From Octopus sinensis (Eukaryota): a DNA stretch of 64,000 nt. Below the pieces are notes generated by a model, which was not told the origin of the DNA, did no database searches, and worked only from the letters and a program-made list of their open reading frames with translations. The DNA lies in NCBI RefSeq assembly GCF_006345805.1, contig NC_043000.1:157294001-157358000 (forward strand), written 5' to 3'. A program made the translations under genes and the position numbers. Of this stretch, positions 12,809-25,808 are shown piece by piece (position 1 is the first letter of the stretch; each line of letters opens with the position of its first letter).

Positions 12809-14238
12809 GAGAGAGAAGAATATATATACATATATAGTAAGAGAGAGAGAGAGAAAGAGAGAGAGAGGAGAAGGTGAGATAGGAAGAGATAGATATATAT
12901 TATTTACTACTCCAAGCACAAGGTACTTAATTTATCGACCACTAAAGGATGAAAGGTAAAGTCGACCTCGGCAGAATTTGAACTCAGAACGTAGCGGTAG
13001 ATGAAATACCTATTTCTTTACTACCCACAAGGGGCTAAACACTGAGAGGACAAACAAGGGCAGACAAACGGATTAAGTCGATTATATCGACCCCAGTGTG
13101 TAACTAGTACTTATTTAATTGACCACTAAAGGATGAAAGGTAAAGTCGACCTTGGCGGAATTTGAACTCAGAACGTAGCGGCAGACGAAATACTGCTAAG
13201 CATTTCGCCCGGCGCGCTAACGTTTCTGCCGGCTCACTCCTTTGAGAGAGAAGTGTGTGAGAAAAAGTAAGTGGAATAGAGGAGGAGAGAAGGAAACAGA
13301 AAGAGTTATTTCTATTAAACTTCAAGTTATATGAGTATCATTTGAACACTTTACTCTCATGTAGAATGGCTTGAACAAATCAGCATCTAAATAAAGCTCA
13401 CCCTCTCTAAACTATCCCCCGTCATGAAAGGATTTGAACTCGGCACTGTGAGGTGAGGAATTGCTCGTGAACCATACAACACTTCAGATTCTTACGTTAG
13501 TAATACATAGTGCATCAGAGTTTTTATTCATGGAGAGGTTAATAAAACCATTTGAAAGTGAAGAGTACCCTAAAGTGATGGGTTCCGAATTATTTATAAA
13601 GTATATATGTATCGGTTAGCATGTTGATGAACTGATGAAGTCACAGATTACATATATTCTGAATGGATATTCTGTCTGTCTGTCTGTCTATCAAGGGTGT
13701 AGGCGAAGTGCTCATATTTTCTGACTCTCCTATGCTGGTGAGATATTGATGTAGACGATTCCCACCCCGATCGTCTGCAAGTACAATTATATATTAACTC
13801 TGCTACCCTTGTATATCAACTTTTACTCGTAAAATCTTTAAAATTTGCTAAATAGCCGTTTTACGTTAGAAGTAGTGACATACAAATAGTTCTTTATACT
13901 ACAAAATCTAATCTTTAAAAAAACGTTCAATGTTTGCTTGCGTGCAAACGATGCAACATTAATTTCAAATTTAATAGGTTTATGTTCTCAATTTGATTTA
14001 TGTCAGGTTCAGACATGTACAACAAGGCTATCTTTACAGGGGTAGCAGTGCATCTATCTCTAAAAAACAATAACGGATAACAAGTAGATAAATTCAGGAA
14101 AAATCTAATTACACTGTTTAAATTTTAAAATTACCCTCTTAAATTAGTTAATTTTCCATCATAGCATTTAATATAGATAAGAAATTTCCAATCTATTTAT
14201 ATCAGAACTAATCAGTGTTAATCAGTATAATAATAATA

Positions 14239-14283
<45 letters not shown>

Positions 14284-14366
14284 TAATAATAATAATAATA
14301 ATAAAATAATAATAATGATAATAATCAAATTTTGCCACAAGGGCAGAGAGTGGATGTGTCGAGTAT

Positions 14367-14790
14367 CGTAGACTAATAGATGTAAATGTTCCCACTGATA
14401 AAAATATATCTGAAAAGGCATTTTGCAAATTAAGTAAATATAAGGTCCTAGAAATTGAAGCGCAAAAGATGTGGCATGTTAAAGCGAGAACTGTTCTGGT
14501 TATTGTGGGTTCTCAAGGTATAATAAGAAAGAGATGTCAAAAACATCTAGATAATATCCCAGGAGAACCATGTCTCAGAGAAATCCAAAAGATTGTGCTC
14601 ACAAGTACTACCCACATCTTTAGAAAAATTCTACGAATTTAAATGTGTGTTGTATTACATTTCGCTACCGACCCTGCCACTTTCCCTCCTCAAACTTTCA
14701 ATCATTCTGTAACATCTTATCCTTCACTCACCCTAGGACGCTGGGTGTGTCTCGGCAAGTGATTGCAAAAAACATGCAGATTAAAAGTAA
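14367..14790 (+). mobile_element. 5'-truncated R4/Dong-like (restriction-like endonuclease) LINE 3' end
   Basis: Open frame 14367-14642: LIDVNVPTDKNISEKAFCKLSKYKVLEIEAQKMWH...VIVGSQG...EIQKIVLTSTTHIFRKIL*. A 3' UTR follows, and (TAA)n flanks both sides. Confidence 0.75.
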
Positions 14791-14849
14791 ATAATAATAA
14801 TAATGATGATGATGATGATGATGATACTACTACTACTACAACTACAACA

Positions 14850-14892
<43 letters not shown>

Positions 14893-15630
14893 TTACAAAT
14901 AATAATAATAATCCTTTCTACTATAGGAACATGGCCTGGAATTTGGGGAGGGGGATAGTCGATTACCTCGACCCCAGTACTCAACTGGTACTTGTTTTAT
15001 CGACCCCGAAAGGATGAAAGGTAAAGTCGACGTGGGTGGAATTTGAACTCAGAACGTAAAGCAGACCGTAAAGACGGACGAAATGCTGCTAAGCATTTTG
15101 TCCGGTGTGTTAACGATTCTAGACAATAAGAAGGGCGTGATACGATTTGAAATAAAAAGGCATTGATATTTCAACAGTGCCTCTGTTGCTCAGGTTCAAA
15201 ATGTAAAATGAAAAGAACACAGAAATACCGAATTTTGAAATATAAACGGAAATATCCTGCGTTCCTTTTTCAGACAAAATGGCGTCATGAGTTTTCACTT
15301 TTTCTTGTTGGTAACAAAGAAAATGGAAAAAAGAAAGAAAGAAAGAAAAAGAAAACAGTACAGAGAACACTTAGTGGAAAAGTTTTGTGTAAATGTGATG
15401 CAATTCGCCAGACATTTTGTTCGTTCTTTCAGAGCGTCACGTTATTCACAGACGCAGTATATTTATCTTCGTGTTTTGAGGACTGAAAGTGTAGTAGAGT
15501 TAGAATATTTTCTGAGAATATACAGTTCCTCAAAATTATAGCCGTTTGATGTGAAACGTTCGGCAAGCTCCGTCGAACTATTGTTATTGTGCTGACGTCC
15601 TACCTATACCCATTTTAATTTTAATTTTCA

Positions 15631-15985
15631 TTCGTTTCAGTCATTTGACTGCGGCCATGCTGGAGCACCGCCTTTAGTCGAACAAATCGACCCCAAGACT
15701 TATTGTTTGTAAACCTAGTACTTATTCTATTTGCCGAACCGCTAAGTCACAGGAACATAAATACACCAGTATCGGTTGTCAAGTGATGTTGGAGGACAAA
15801 CACAGACACAAGTATATATATACGACGGGCTTCTTTCAGTTTCCTTGTACCAAATCCACTCACAAGGCATTGGTCGGCCTGAGGCTATAGTAGAACACAC
15901 TTGCCCAAGGTACCACGCAGTAGGACTGAACCCGAAACCATGTCGTTGGTAAGAAGCTACTTACCACACAGCTACTCCTGCGCCT
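15631..15985 (-). mobile_element. tRNA-derived SINE family A
   Basis: Head aggcgcaggagtggctgtgtggtaag...ggttcagtcc, central (TA/TG)n, tail ccagcatggccgcagtcaaatgactgaaac. Further copies at ~18301-18660(+), 36604-36967(+), 38190-38520(+), 38533-38872(-), 44270-44435(-, partial), 57101-57509(-). Confidence 0.85.
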
Positions 15986-17079
15986 GAACATTTTATTTAA
16001 TTGTTATGTTGTGCAACTAACATAAATGAAGTTGTGTTTACTGCATTTCGCTGCGAACGCCAATAGGGAATCCTTACACGTCTCACCTACTGTATAAATC
16101 AACATTTCTGTTATACTGGACTTGACCCATATTGTTACACAATGAGCAGGGCTCACCTATCTTGTGGATGTTTTTCGAGGTGCAGCGTTCAGTAAGTCCA
16201 AGATAGTTTTATTGGGGTCAGAGGTAGTGGTTAATAGCTTTCTTAGTGGTAGGAAACTCTCAAAAGGGCTGAACAGCAGAAAGTCTTCAGAGATAAAAAC
16301 AGCCCTCAGGCAATTGTTTTGGCCCTTAACCTCTTATATCCTAAGAAGGACGGGTTGCATCCAGATCATGAATCCTGGTGACACTTTTTAGCCCCTTGGA
16401 TATCGGAGAGTAGTGCTTTTAAACCGCCTGGGGATTTCATATGGTTGTAAATTTTCTCCGTAATTTTCAAACTTAATAACGTCGTCACGGTAGCGTGAAA
16501 CGTCAACGTTATTACAATGGCTTACCCAGAGTTGCTTTCTTTGGCATTAAAACAAAAATATAACCTTCAAACGGTATGGAGGTCGTTTTTGTTAGTCTTT
16601 TCCCAGATCCAACCGAAATATCTCTCCGCTGTCTCTGATATTACCTTTAAGGCTTTTGCCCTGTTCTTCCCAGAGACTGAGAATTATCTCATTAGATCGC
16701 AAGAAGATTTGCCCCAAAAACCTCTGACTCAAACCTCTAATACGAGAATCTTGCCTCAGAAGTTTTCTTACCCTTGACTGTCGGCAAGATTGGCACATTT
16801 TTCGATCTCGAACACGGCGGATGTAGCAATATTTGTTGAAAACGAGAATACTTCTGAAATATACGGGTAACTTTCATGAAACACTTGAAATGCCAGCGAA
16901 ATTTCGGTGTCAGTTAATTGCTAAAGAAATTCGATCACAAATTTTAATTTGGTTGCGAAAATTTGGCTCGAAAGTTTGACTTTCCTGGCTAATTTTAGGA
17001 ATGTCATTTGCGCTTGACATAATGACAGACCAAAACATTTGCATGTTTCCACTAATCCCTTATGTCAGTACAAATCCGT

Positions 17080-17520
17080 TTTATCCTCAAAGACTGGGAT
17101 TTCGGATTTCACTTGATTGCATGATGTGGATGATTAGAGTGGCGGTGGATTTAAATGTAGCATGACATGGGTTTACAAAATAACTCTGTAACTATTCGGC
17201 CTCAAAAGTTAATTTTTTTTACCAAAAGTTCCACGCAAGTTTTTGAAAAATTAGACGTTAATTTTATAGTGAACTTAAAGCTATAGTTTTCTGTGAAACA
17301 GTCACATAAATTCAAGAAGTTAAGTAAACTGTTTGGTGATCCTTTCCAAGCAAAAAAGACGTTATTAATGAACCGTAACAGAGCGGTTCATGATCGTGCA
17401 GCTATTTGAATGTCTTTTAACTGTGTTTCGAATTTTGTCATGAAAACGTTAGCGAAATTAACAACTATGGGGGTAACCATGGTGCAACCCCACGTCTAAT
17501 AGTAAACTATTTCGCTCAAA
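17080..17520 (-). mobile_element. Decayed Penelope-like RT fragment
   Basis: Minus strand gives NFANVFMTKFE, LRFINNVFFAWKG, FKFTIK, SNHPHH, PKSQSLRIKRIC. The 16030-17080 flank may be the rest of the element but could not be parsed. Confidence 0.7.
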
Positions 17521-17913
17521 TTTATTGTGTTACAAAGTAACACAAAGTTTAGAAAATTACAGAGAATTAGACAGAATGCTTTAGTTTGACCGTTTTTCAA
17601 AGACATTCAAAGACATTCATGCATGCTTCCACTCAGAACGTAAAGACGGAAGAAATGCCGCTAAACATTTTTGCCCGGCGTGCTAACGATTCTGCCAGCT
17701 CACCGCCTTTGCCTCCTGGGCCTCCTTCACATAAACTATATCATTGCTAAACATAAATAATATTCAAAGTAAGATGTGCAGCTTGCTATTATTCTGTGAG
17801 TGAAACTTGGAAGAGTTTTTATAAAACAAAGCAACGATAAAATGTATAACAATAATATAAAACATGATATAATATATAACATAAATATTATATAACATGT
17901 CATATACATGTAT

Positions 17914-17952
<39 letters not shown>

Positions 17953-19599
17953 TGTGTATTGCAGTTCGAATACCCGCCAAGTAATCTTGGAAACCTACCC
18001 AGTATTTCAAGCATGATAATCTTTGCCATCTCTTACGAGGAAGCTGCATTTAATTGGGTGTTGAACATATGTAATAACATACTCGCAAGCAGTTTGTTAC
18101 AGACAAAAATAAGTATTTTAAATGCACACAGACTATAACAAGAAAACACAAGTGTTGTGATTTAATCTACCACATTCAATTAATGTTAGTACCTCATTAG
18201 AAAATCTCTAACCACCAACTTGTGCAGTTGCATCTCTTTATTGGACAACAATAACAACGTTGTTAAAATGCCGTTATCAATTAATAAGAAAATGATATAC
18301 AGGAGTGGCTGTGTGGTAAGTAGCTTGCTAACCAACCACATGGGCAAGTGTCTTCTGCTATAGCCCCGGGCCGACCAATGCCTTGTGAGTGGATTTGGTA
18401 GACGGAAACTGAAAGAAGCCTGTCGTATATATGTATATATATGTGTATGTGTGTGTGTTTGTGTGTGTGTGTTTGCCCACCTAGCATTGCTTGACAACCG
18501 ATGCTGGTGTGTTTACGTCCCCGTCACTTAGCGGTTCGGCAAAAGAGACAGATAGAAAAGTACTAGGCTTACAAAGAATAAGTCCTGGGGGTCGATTTGC
18601 TCGACTAAAGGCGGTGCTCCAGCATGGCCGCAGTCAAATGACTGAAACAAGTAAAAGAGCAAAGAGTAAAGAGAGAGAGTTTGCACAACACTGCAACAAG
18701 ATTGAAATATGCAGCTGCTTCTCACTAAATTTGTGTCTGATCAATGACGAATGTTTTGAAATGTTCCTTGTTTACTTGGGCACAGTAAAATGTAATTTCA
18801 TTGATACTGATGGTATCAGTTTAACAAACAACAAATTCACATAAAAAATGCAATCAACGTAACTATGTTTTTAGATATATACACCATTGGTACTTGAAAG
18901 CTATAACATTTCATGGCGACTTTTAGACTTTGCTATGTGACACCTCTCTCACATATGCATTCACGAAAATTTTCTTTTGCACAACATGATTTTAGAACAC
19001 TGGACAGAAATAAGAAACCAATTTCCTCATGTCCCCATGTGTGTCGACATTTATTAAAATACCACACTTATACATCGGCAATATAATTACTGCCACTGAA
19101 TTTAGATTATAGCATCATCGTAATCGCTAATTCTCCTACTATACTTTATTTACAAAACACGCCCACACATATAAATAGCATGCATGCACTAAACGCTCAA
19201 ACACATACACACATGTACACCAGCAAAAGTACTAATACAGTGTTGCTTTCAAAACATGTGTATATGAAAGCATATACAACAAGTATATTTGATAACGATG
19301 CATTTAAATTTGCTGTGATATTATATTGCAAACAGATCACACAATCGCCAGGAGTCAAGTGTGGGAGATTGGCCCAGAGTCTTTCGTCTTGTTAACAATC
19401 AACAAGACCAATTGCTCAGCACTCAGGTGCTTAGGCAAGTGGCTTCAAGAAGACTTAAGAATACGAAGTATGTGTCGGTTGAACCCTGACCTTTATCTAC
19501 ATAAGCCACTGAGATATATTATCCGGCTTCATAATTCGGGAACTGAAAACTAACAGTGAATGTTATGTTCACTTCCTCCTGCATCGACTCCGGTATGAT

Positions 19600-20070
19600 T
19601 TTGGATTTTTGATGGGTCAGAAATTATTTATAGTATCCCCCTTGTTTGGGTCCTTTCTAAGCAGCATCACCACCCCCGGCTCACAGACCCGGGAATAAAC
19701 CCATTCTGCTGCCAGTTGGTGAAAACCATGCCAGTAGGTGCCCAAACCAGTCTAGCATACTGTTATAAAGATCGTAGGGGAGACCATCTAGTCTCGGCGA
19801 CTTGTCCCAGCCGCAGTCCATCAAAACCTCCTCCACTCCAGCATCTGTGATCGGCCCTTCGCAGCATTCCACTTCCAGCCCCGAGAGACGCGTCACACCG
19901 GGTAGATGGTCCGTGAGGTCCCTCCTATATTCCGGACTGCCGCCTCTCCTGAAAAACCTTACACATCTTCTCGAGTTTGTTTACCAAGTTCCTTTGATGG
20001 TTCGTCATAGACCTTATTGTGCCATCATTGCCATGTTGGGTCTCTATCATACGGGCCCATCCAGCAGCTT
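19600..20070 (-). mobile_element. Decayed L1/Tx1-type ORF2 fragment (start of RT)
   Basis: CEGPITDAGVEEVL...DKSPRLDGLPYDLYNSMLDWFGHLL resembles the KSPGxDGLPxExY motif. Confidence 0.7.
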
Positions 20071-20300
20071 TGAAAATAAAAATATATGTTAGATGTTAAA
20101 GTTGCTGTTCATTATCGATTCCTATCGGAATTTACATACCATGGACAAAAAGCCTCTTTACCCATTCTACACAGCACATTCCTTGGATAATGGAACAGCA
20201 GCTTTAGCATCTGACAGATATTTTTATTCTCATACTTCCTTGTATACTTCCTATATCTACCCCTTTCCATATATTTAAATTTCTACTATTTCCTTATATC

Positions 20301-20348
20301 GTCTCTGATGATGGGTTATCTCTTATATCCCTGAAACAGCTGTAAGAC
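20301..20348 (+). ncRNA. Minimal type I hammerhead ribozyme, core intact
   Basis: GTCT-CTGATGA-TGGGTTATCTCTTATATCCCT-GAA-ACAGCTGT-A/AGAC. 8-nt palindromic helix III, 4-bp stem I. Confidence 0.8.
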
Positions 20349-20690
20349 TACCTTTCTCATTATTAACGACCTAGACATCTCACACTGCATTGGCTTTGCT
20401 GTATCACTTTGTTTAGCACACACATACATACACACATGTACACACAAACACACACACATATATATATGTACATATTTATGTGTGTGTGTTTGTACTCCCG
20501 CCATCGCTTGACAACCGATGCTGGTGTGTTTATATCCCCCGGTAAAACAGAGGAAGATGAAGGAGAAAGAAGAGAGGTAGATGAGGAAGGGAGACAAATT
20601 AAAGAACAAAACAAAATTGAAGTGGTGTGAGGTAGAAAGTCTGAATGCGAAACAGGAAGAGAGTGAAAGACCGAGATAGATAGATAGACC

Positions 20691-20751
<61 letters not shown>

Positions 20752-20757
20752 CGAGCG

Positions 20758-20829
<72 letters not shown>

Positions 20830-21119
20830 CGAAAGAGAGAGAGATAGAGGGGCACCCTGTAGCAAAAATGCAAAGTCTTACATTCTTTGTCTGCTGAGAG
20901 GTCAATAATGTAAATTTCGAAAATCTTCATCAGAATATCTTTACATTTTCACATGAATTCACATATACATGTTTACTGGCATAGGCAATAAATACAAGCA
21001 CTCACGCTTATAAACCTGCACCCGCACATTCGTAAACACACTCAGAGAAACGTACAAAGTGAACCATTCAAATACATGCAAATATATGGGTACAGATATG
21101 TATATATGGATACACACAT

Positions 21120-21180
21120 ACGTACGTATGTGTGTGTATGTATATATATATATATATATAGATTTATATATTCATACATA

Positions 21181-21265
<85 letters not shown>

Positions 21266-21760
21266 ATTTATATATGTAAATATATATATGTATATATATA
21301 TATGCAGGTATACATCTGTGTATATATATATATATATATTATATATATATATATACACGCGTATATATATGTTTGTATATATATGTATATATGTATATAT
21401 ATGTATATATGTGTATATATGTTTATATATATGTATATATATAGATTTAAGTATATATTTAAGTATATATATATATGTATATATACGTACGTATATATAA
21501 ATATATATATGTGTGTGTATATATGTATATATATGTATATGTATATATATGTATATACATTTATATATATATGTATATGTATATATATATACATATTTAT
21601 ATATATGTATATATATACATGTATATATATATATACATGTATATGTAAATATATATATATGTGTGTGTGTAAGTATATATATATATATATATTTATATCT
21701 ACATAAATACATATATATGCATAAATATCTATATTTATGTCCCTCGATATATATATATTC
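21120..21760. repeat. Compound (TA)n/(TG)n microsatellite field
   Basis: Continuous TA, TG and TATG repeats. Similar fields lie near 80-490, 1260-1360, 1875-2170, 26410-26670, 50170-50530 and 54810-55030. Confidence 0.95.
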
Positions 21761-23307
21761 ACGCACGTTTACACAAACACGCACACAGTCACACACATAT
21801 ATACACAACCACATACGCGCACTCACGTATATTCATTCTTCCATACAGACAAACTCACACTCACATACTGTTCCCGTCTAGAACAGACAAAATCGAATTT
21901 ATTTATCAATCGAAGAATTTCGAAGCTAGTGAAACGAAGAACGTATCGACTTGTAGCGTTGGGAAAGTAAATGAAACCTCGATATTCCTTAAATACAAAC
22001 CGAACAATGGGAATGAAACGTAAAATACAGAAACGTAACCAACACCGCCCCATCCTCCACCCCGCCGGGGTACTGTTATTAAAATGAAGGATAATAAAAC
22101 AAAAGAATTACAGCAAAAAAACAATAAAAATACAGATAAGTATATGATCAATAACTAAAAACGAAAAAATATGGACGAATGATAAAAAAAAATATTAAGA
22201 AAAATATTGATAAAGGATCGGTAAAAAATATTTTCTTCTAAAACAATAAAAGAGAAATAGTTAAACTCAGAGGAATTAAAAAATAACTAATAAAAGAATA
22301 TTAACCAAGTTTGTTAAGGGTGAAAGAAATAAAAAGAAACAGAGTCAACTTGACCTTTCCATGTAGTTTTCTCTGAACTGCAGAAACCAGATGAAGAAAA
22401 TGGTGATGATGGTGATGATAATGATGATGGTGATGATGATGATAATCAATAGATTTCTTCTTTGTTTTCACGTATGTACATATATATGTTTATGTGTGTG
22501 TGTGTTAGTAATACCGTTGCGAGGGCATATCCGAAATGATGTAATACGAGAGCAGAGCGGAATTTTTAACGTAATCACAAGGTCCACAGAGAACAATTGA
22601 AGCCGTACAGTTGCCAAGTCGTACACAAAAGGATCGGAAAAGGACATCCGGAAAGCTTCCATGGTGTTAGTTAAACGATTAATGTTAACACGGAAATAAA
22701 GAACGCAATCAAAAAAGTGCTGAAAGCGCAATGTGACCAAAGGTGTATAACAACATTCGATAGTCTGATAGCAGTATTTAATTAAAATAGCCATCTCTGT
22801 ATCATATGCAATGTATAGATTCTGACGCTAGGTTAATAACTGCTGTATTTGTCCCGAGATAACAACTCCTGTGACCACTTGAGCGACTATTCATCCCACA
22901 TGTCTCCTTCTGTCTTTCTAAGACAGAATGGACTAAACAAGCCCGGAGTAGACAAGTCGGATGGAGAGCAGCTAAAGAGGTCACAGGATGTGCGACGAAA
23001 GATTTCAGATAAAAGACTAAAATGAGAACAATATTAAAGCTGAAGTGAAGGACGAGTATATATATTGCGCGTGTATATATATATAGAGTGTATAGTGCGT
23101 GGCGAAAAAAAAAATGAAAAAATGACCGTCCCGAAATATAAGTCTCTCTTTCAACACACGATTTCACATCAGGAAGCTTGTAAAACAAATAGAAAACCGT
23201 GTGTATACATACATACATCATACATACATACATACATACATACATACATACATACATACATACATACATACATTCATACATATATATATATACATACATA
23301 CATGCAT

Positions 23308-23345
<38 letters not shown>

Positions 23346-23348
23346 TTA

Positions 23349-23884
23349 TCTTTATATATATAAAACTGAGAATGTGTGCCTGTCTGTCTGTATGTTTCCC
23401 TAAAACTTGAGAACTACCCAACCAATTTCATTCAAATTTTACACATGCCTTACTTAGGGTCCATGTAGTTTCATGGGAAAACAAAATGTTCAACTTCTTG
23501 CCTAGAGCGAGCCCATAGCAATAGCATATCTTCTCCATTATTTCAGTATTACGTGTTAAAAGTGAAACAAAAATATTTCTCTATTTTATGTCAGATGCTT
23601 TCACTTTAACAATAAAAATAATAATAACAATTGAATTATATATAGTAAGTAATAATTAAAATCAAACTAAAGTACAATATAATCGTAACATACAAAAGTA
23701 AAAATAGCAATTGGTATAAAATTGCATCAATAATTTGAACTTAAATAAGTGGTTTCACATGAATGGGAATAAATTAAAAATATAATTAGCGTGCAGAAAT
23801 GGAATAGTCCAGATGGATAATAAAAAATTAAAGAAAAGACTATTGTCTATAAAGTATACAATGTAGAGAAAAAAAAAGAGCTAG
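23349..23884 (+). mobile_element. Possible Helitron-like non-autonomous element, 5' part
   Basis: Starts A|TCTTTATATATATAAAACTGAG followed by (CTGT)n, like the other Helitron 5' ends. No 3' hairpin found, so the right boundary is uncertain. Confidence 0.45.
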
Positions 23885-23896
23885 CAATTCCAGTCT

Positions 23897-25808
23897 TTAT
23901 TGAGTGTGTTGGTTAGTTATTTTGTATGTGAAAAATTTGGAAAAAAAAACTGTTAAAAAATTGTCAAAAAATTGAATCGCGCGAGGCGTCTGCCGCTGCG
24001 TGTGTGAACCTTTTATAGAAGGTGTGTCGACCCTCAAGTCATGGAGACTTACGCGGGGGTCGCCACAACAAAAAGTGACGAGTCTCTTAGAATAAGAGAA
24101 GTGTTCTTTAGAAAAGAACAATTGAAGGAATACGAGAAGTTCGTCAAAAGGGAGGGTGACAGCGTGAAGCTGGTCCCGCCTGTGGAAACAATAGAGGAGA
24201 GAAATAACAAGACGATAACGTATAGAACGCAAGACAGGAACACGAGAAAACTGGTGAGAGTGGCGATTGAAGAAATAGAGAAATGTCTGGGGGACATCAT
24301 GAAAAAAGCGACTTTTGTAGACAGAGGAAAGAAATATCGGACGGTGGAGGTGAGATGCGCAACAAAGGAAGTGGCGGCCTCATTAGCTTCCACTGTCCTG
24401 AAAGCCGAAAATTTCACTATGTGGCCGACGTATAAAGGAAGACGAGGGGTACGGGTAAGAGTCCCAAAGGTGCCCCCAGAAATTAAAACAGAAATGCTGG
24501 TAACAGCCATTATTGGGGCAGCAAAGGAGGAAGTAGAAATAGGGTCAATCAAGGAGACGAACGTTGTAAATTGGAAGGGATTCGGAGTAGAGTTGTGGCT
24601 AATGGCCACAATGGAAGACATCGAAAGGTTTCCCTTCCAAATAGAAATAGAAAACGAGAAAACAATTAGTGTAATAGTGGAGGGCAGAAAACCGAATTGC
24701 TACCTGTGCCGATCAAGAGGGCACATAAAAAAGGAATGTCCGCTGTATGAATTCACAGCGGAGCAAAAAGAGACACAAAGTGGAGAGAAGGAAAACGAAT
24801 ACGAAGGAAAGAACAGCGAAAACAAGGAAAAGGAAATAACGGAGAAACAACAAGAGAAGGGAAGTAACAGCGCACTGAAGGAAAATGAAAACAAAGGGAA
24901 GAAGATAGTAGAAAAGGAGCAAAATTCACAGGGTGCAGAAGTAGTGGAGAAGGAGCCAAGGCAGAAGCAAGAGAAAGAAAAGGAAAGTACATTAAAGGAA
25001 AGAGAAAAAACAGGAAAAGAACAAGAGAAGGAACAGAACCAAGAGAAAGGAAAAGATGGTATGCAAAAAGGAAAAGAAACAACAGGAAAGGAACATAAGG
25101 CACAGGGTAGAGAGACGACAGACAAAGAGTCTAAAAGACAAGAGAAGGAAAAAGAAAGAAGAGAAAGCAAAAAGAGAGAAAGAGAGAAACCGAGAGAGGA
25201 GAAAAAAGAGGAATTAAGTCCTAAGAGAAAAACTAGAGAAAATGCAGGTACGAATAAAAGATTCAAATACTATGGAACATTGATCCATCACAGGCACTGT
25301 GAGGAGATGGAAGATTTAATAAGCGAAACAGATGGATATACGTGGGTCAGGATGGGCACCGAATGGAAAGAAACAGGTGCACTCGTCCACGAGAACAACG
25401 CCGAGGCGTTCATCGAGGCAGCTGGCAAGAACGTGTCAAAACATATGAAATGCCGACTTACAAGGTGGCCACGAACGATGGAAATTTACCAAGATTTGGT
25501 CGAGATAATGGAGTATATATAAAAGAAAAGGTATTGTGAAAACTTTAATTTGGAAATGATAAAAAGGTCTTTAAATTCTGAAAAAAAAAATGTTCAACTT
25601 TGTAAAATTTTTGAAATGTATGTTGAAAATGTGTAAAATGTTTTTATTTGGAAAATATTGTTGACGAATAAAGAATGACGAAATGTAACCGCTCGATTTC
25701 GGGGATCGAGTGGGCATTACACCAGATTGTACAAACTTCATAATTCATTATTTTATTTTCCCGATTGTATTGTCCCCTCTATGTTGCCCCTTGTGGGTAG
25801 GAATAAAA
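23897..25808 (+). mobile_element. ORF1-only (half-LINE-like) non-LTR retroelement
   Basis: Flanked by exact direct repeat CAATTCCAGTCT (23885-23896 and 25809-25820). Contains a 144-nt leader, one ORF and a 286-nt 3' UTR with a stem-loop at 25684-25721. Last ~40 nt match the SINE tail at 28964-29008. No RT or endonuclease inside. Confidence 0.8.
24041..25522 (+). CDS. LINE ORF1/Gag-like nucleic-acid-binding protein, 493 aa, with CCHC zinc knuckle
   Basis: Uninterrupted ATG-to-TAA ORF. C-x2-C-x4-H-x4-C knuckle CYLCRSRGHIKKEC (24698-24739) preceded by VIVEGR, followed by a long K/E/Q-rich linker and a ~90-aa non-repetitive C-terminus. Confidence 0.88.
   Translation: METYAGVATTKSDESLRIREVFFRKEQLKEYEKFVKREGDSVKLVPPVETIEERNNKTITYRTQDRNTRKLVRVAIEEIEKCLGDIMKKATFVDRGKKYRTVEVRCATKEVAASLASTVLKAENFTMWPTYKGRRGVRVRVPKVPPEIKTEMLVTAIIGAAKEEVEIGSIKETNVVNWKGFGVELWLMATMEDIERFPFQIEIENEKTISVIVEGRKPNCYLCRSRGHIKKECPLYEFTAEQKETQSGEKENEYEGKNSENKEKEITEKQQEKGSNSALKENENKGKKIVEKEQNSQGAEVVEKEPRQKQEKEKESTLKEREKTGKEQEKEQNQEKGKDGMQKGKETTGKEHKAQGRETTDKESKRQEKEKERRESKKREREKPREEKKEELSPKRKTRENAGTNKRFKYYGTLIHHRHCEEMEDLISETDGYTWVRMGTEWKETGALVHENNAEAFIEAAGKNVSKHMKCRLTRWPRTMEIYQDLVEIMEYI

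Noticed and set aside
15541-15564. GCCG-TTTGATGT-GAA-ACGT-T-CGGC hammerhead-like motif
   Set aside because: No stem II and a corrupted core.
16474-16514. Hammerhead-like hairpin TAATAACGT...ACG-GTAG-CGT-GAA-ACGT-C...ACGTTATTA
   Set aside because: Stems fit but the CUGANGA core is absent; at most a dead relic.
24049-25266. Minus-strand ORFs of 190 and 188 aa
   Set aside because: Antisense shadows of ORF1.
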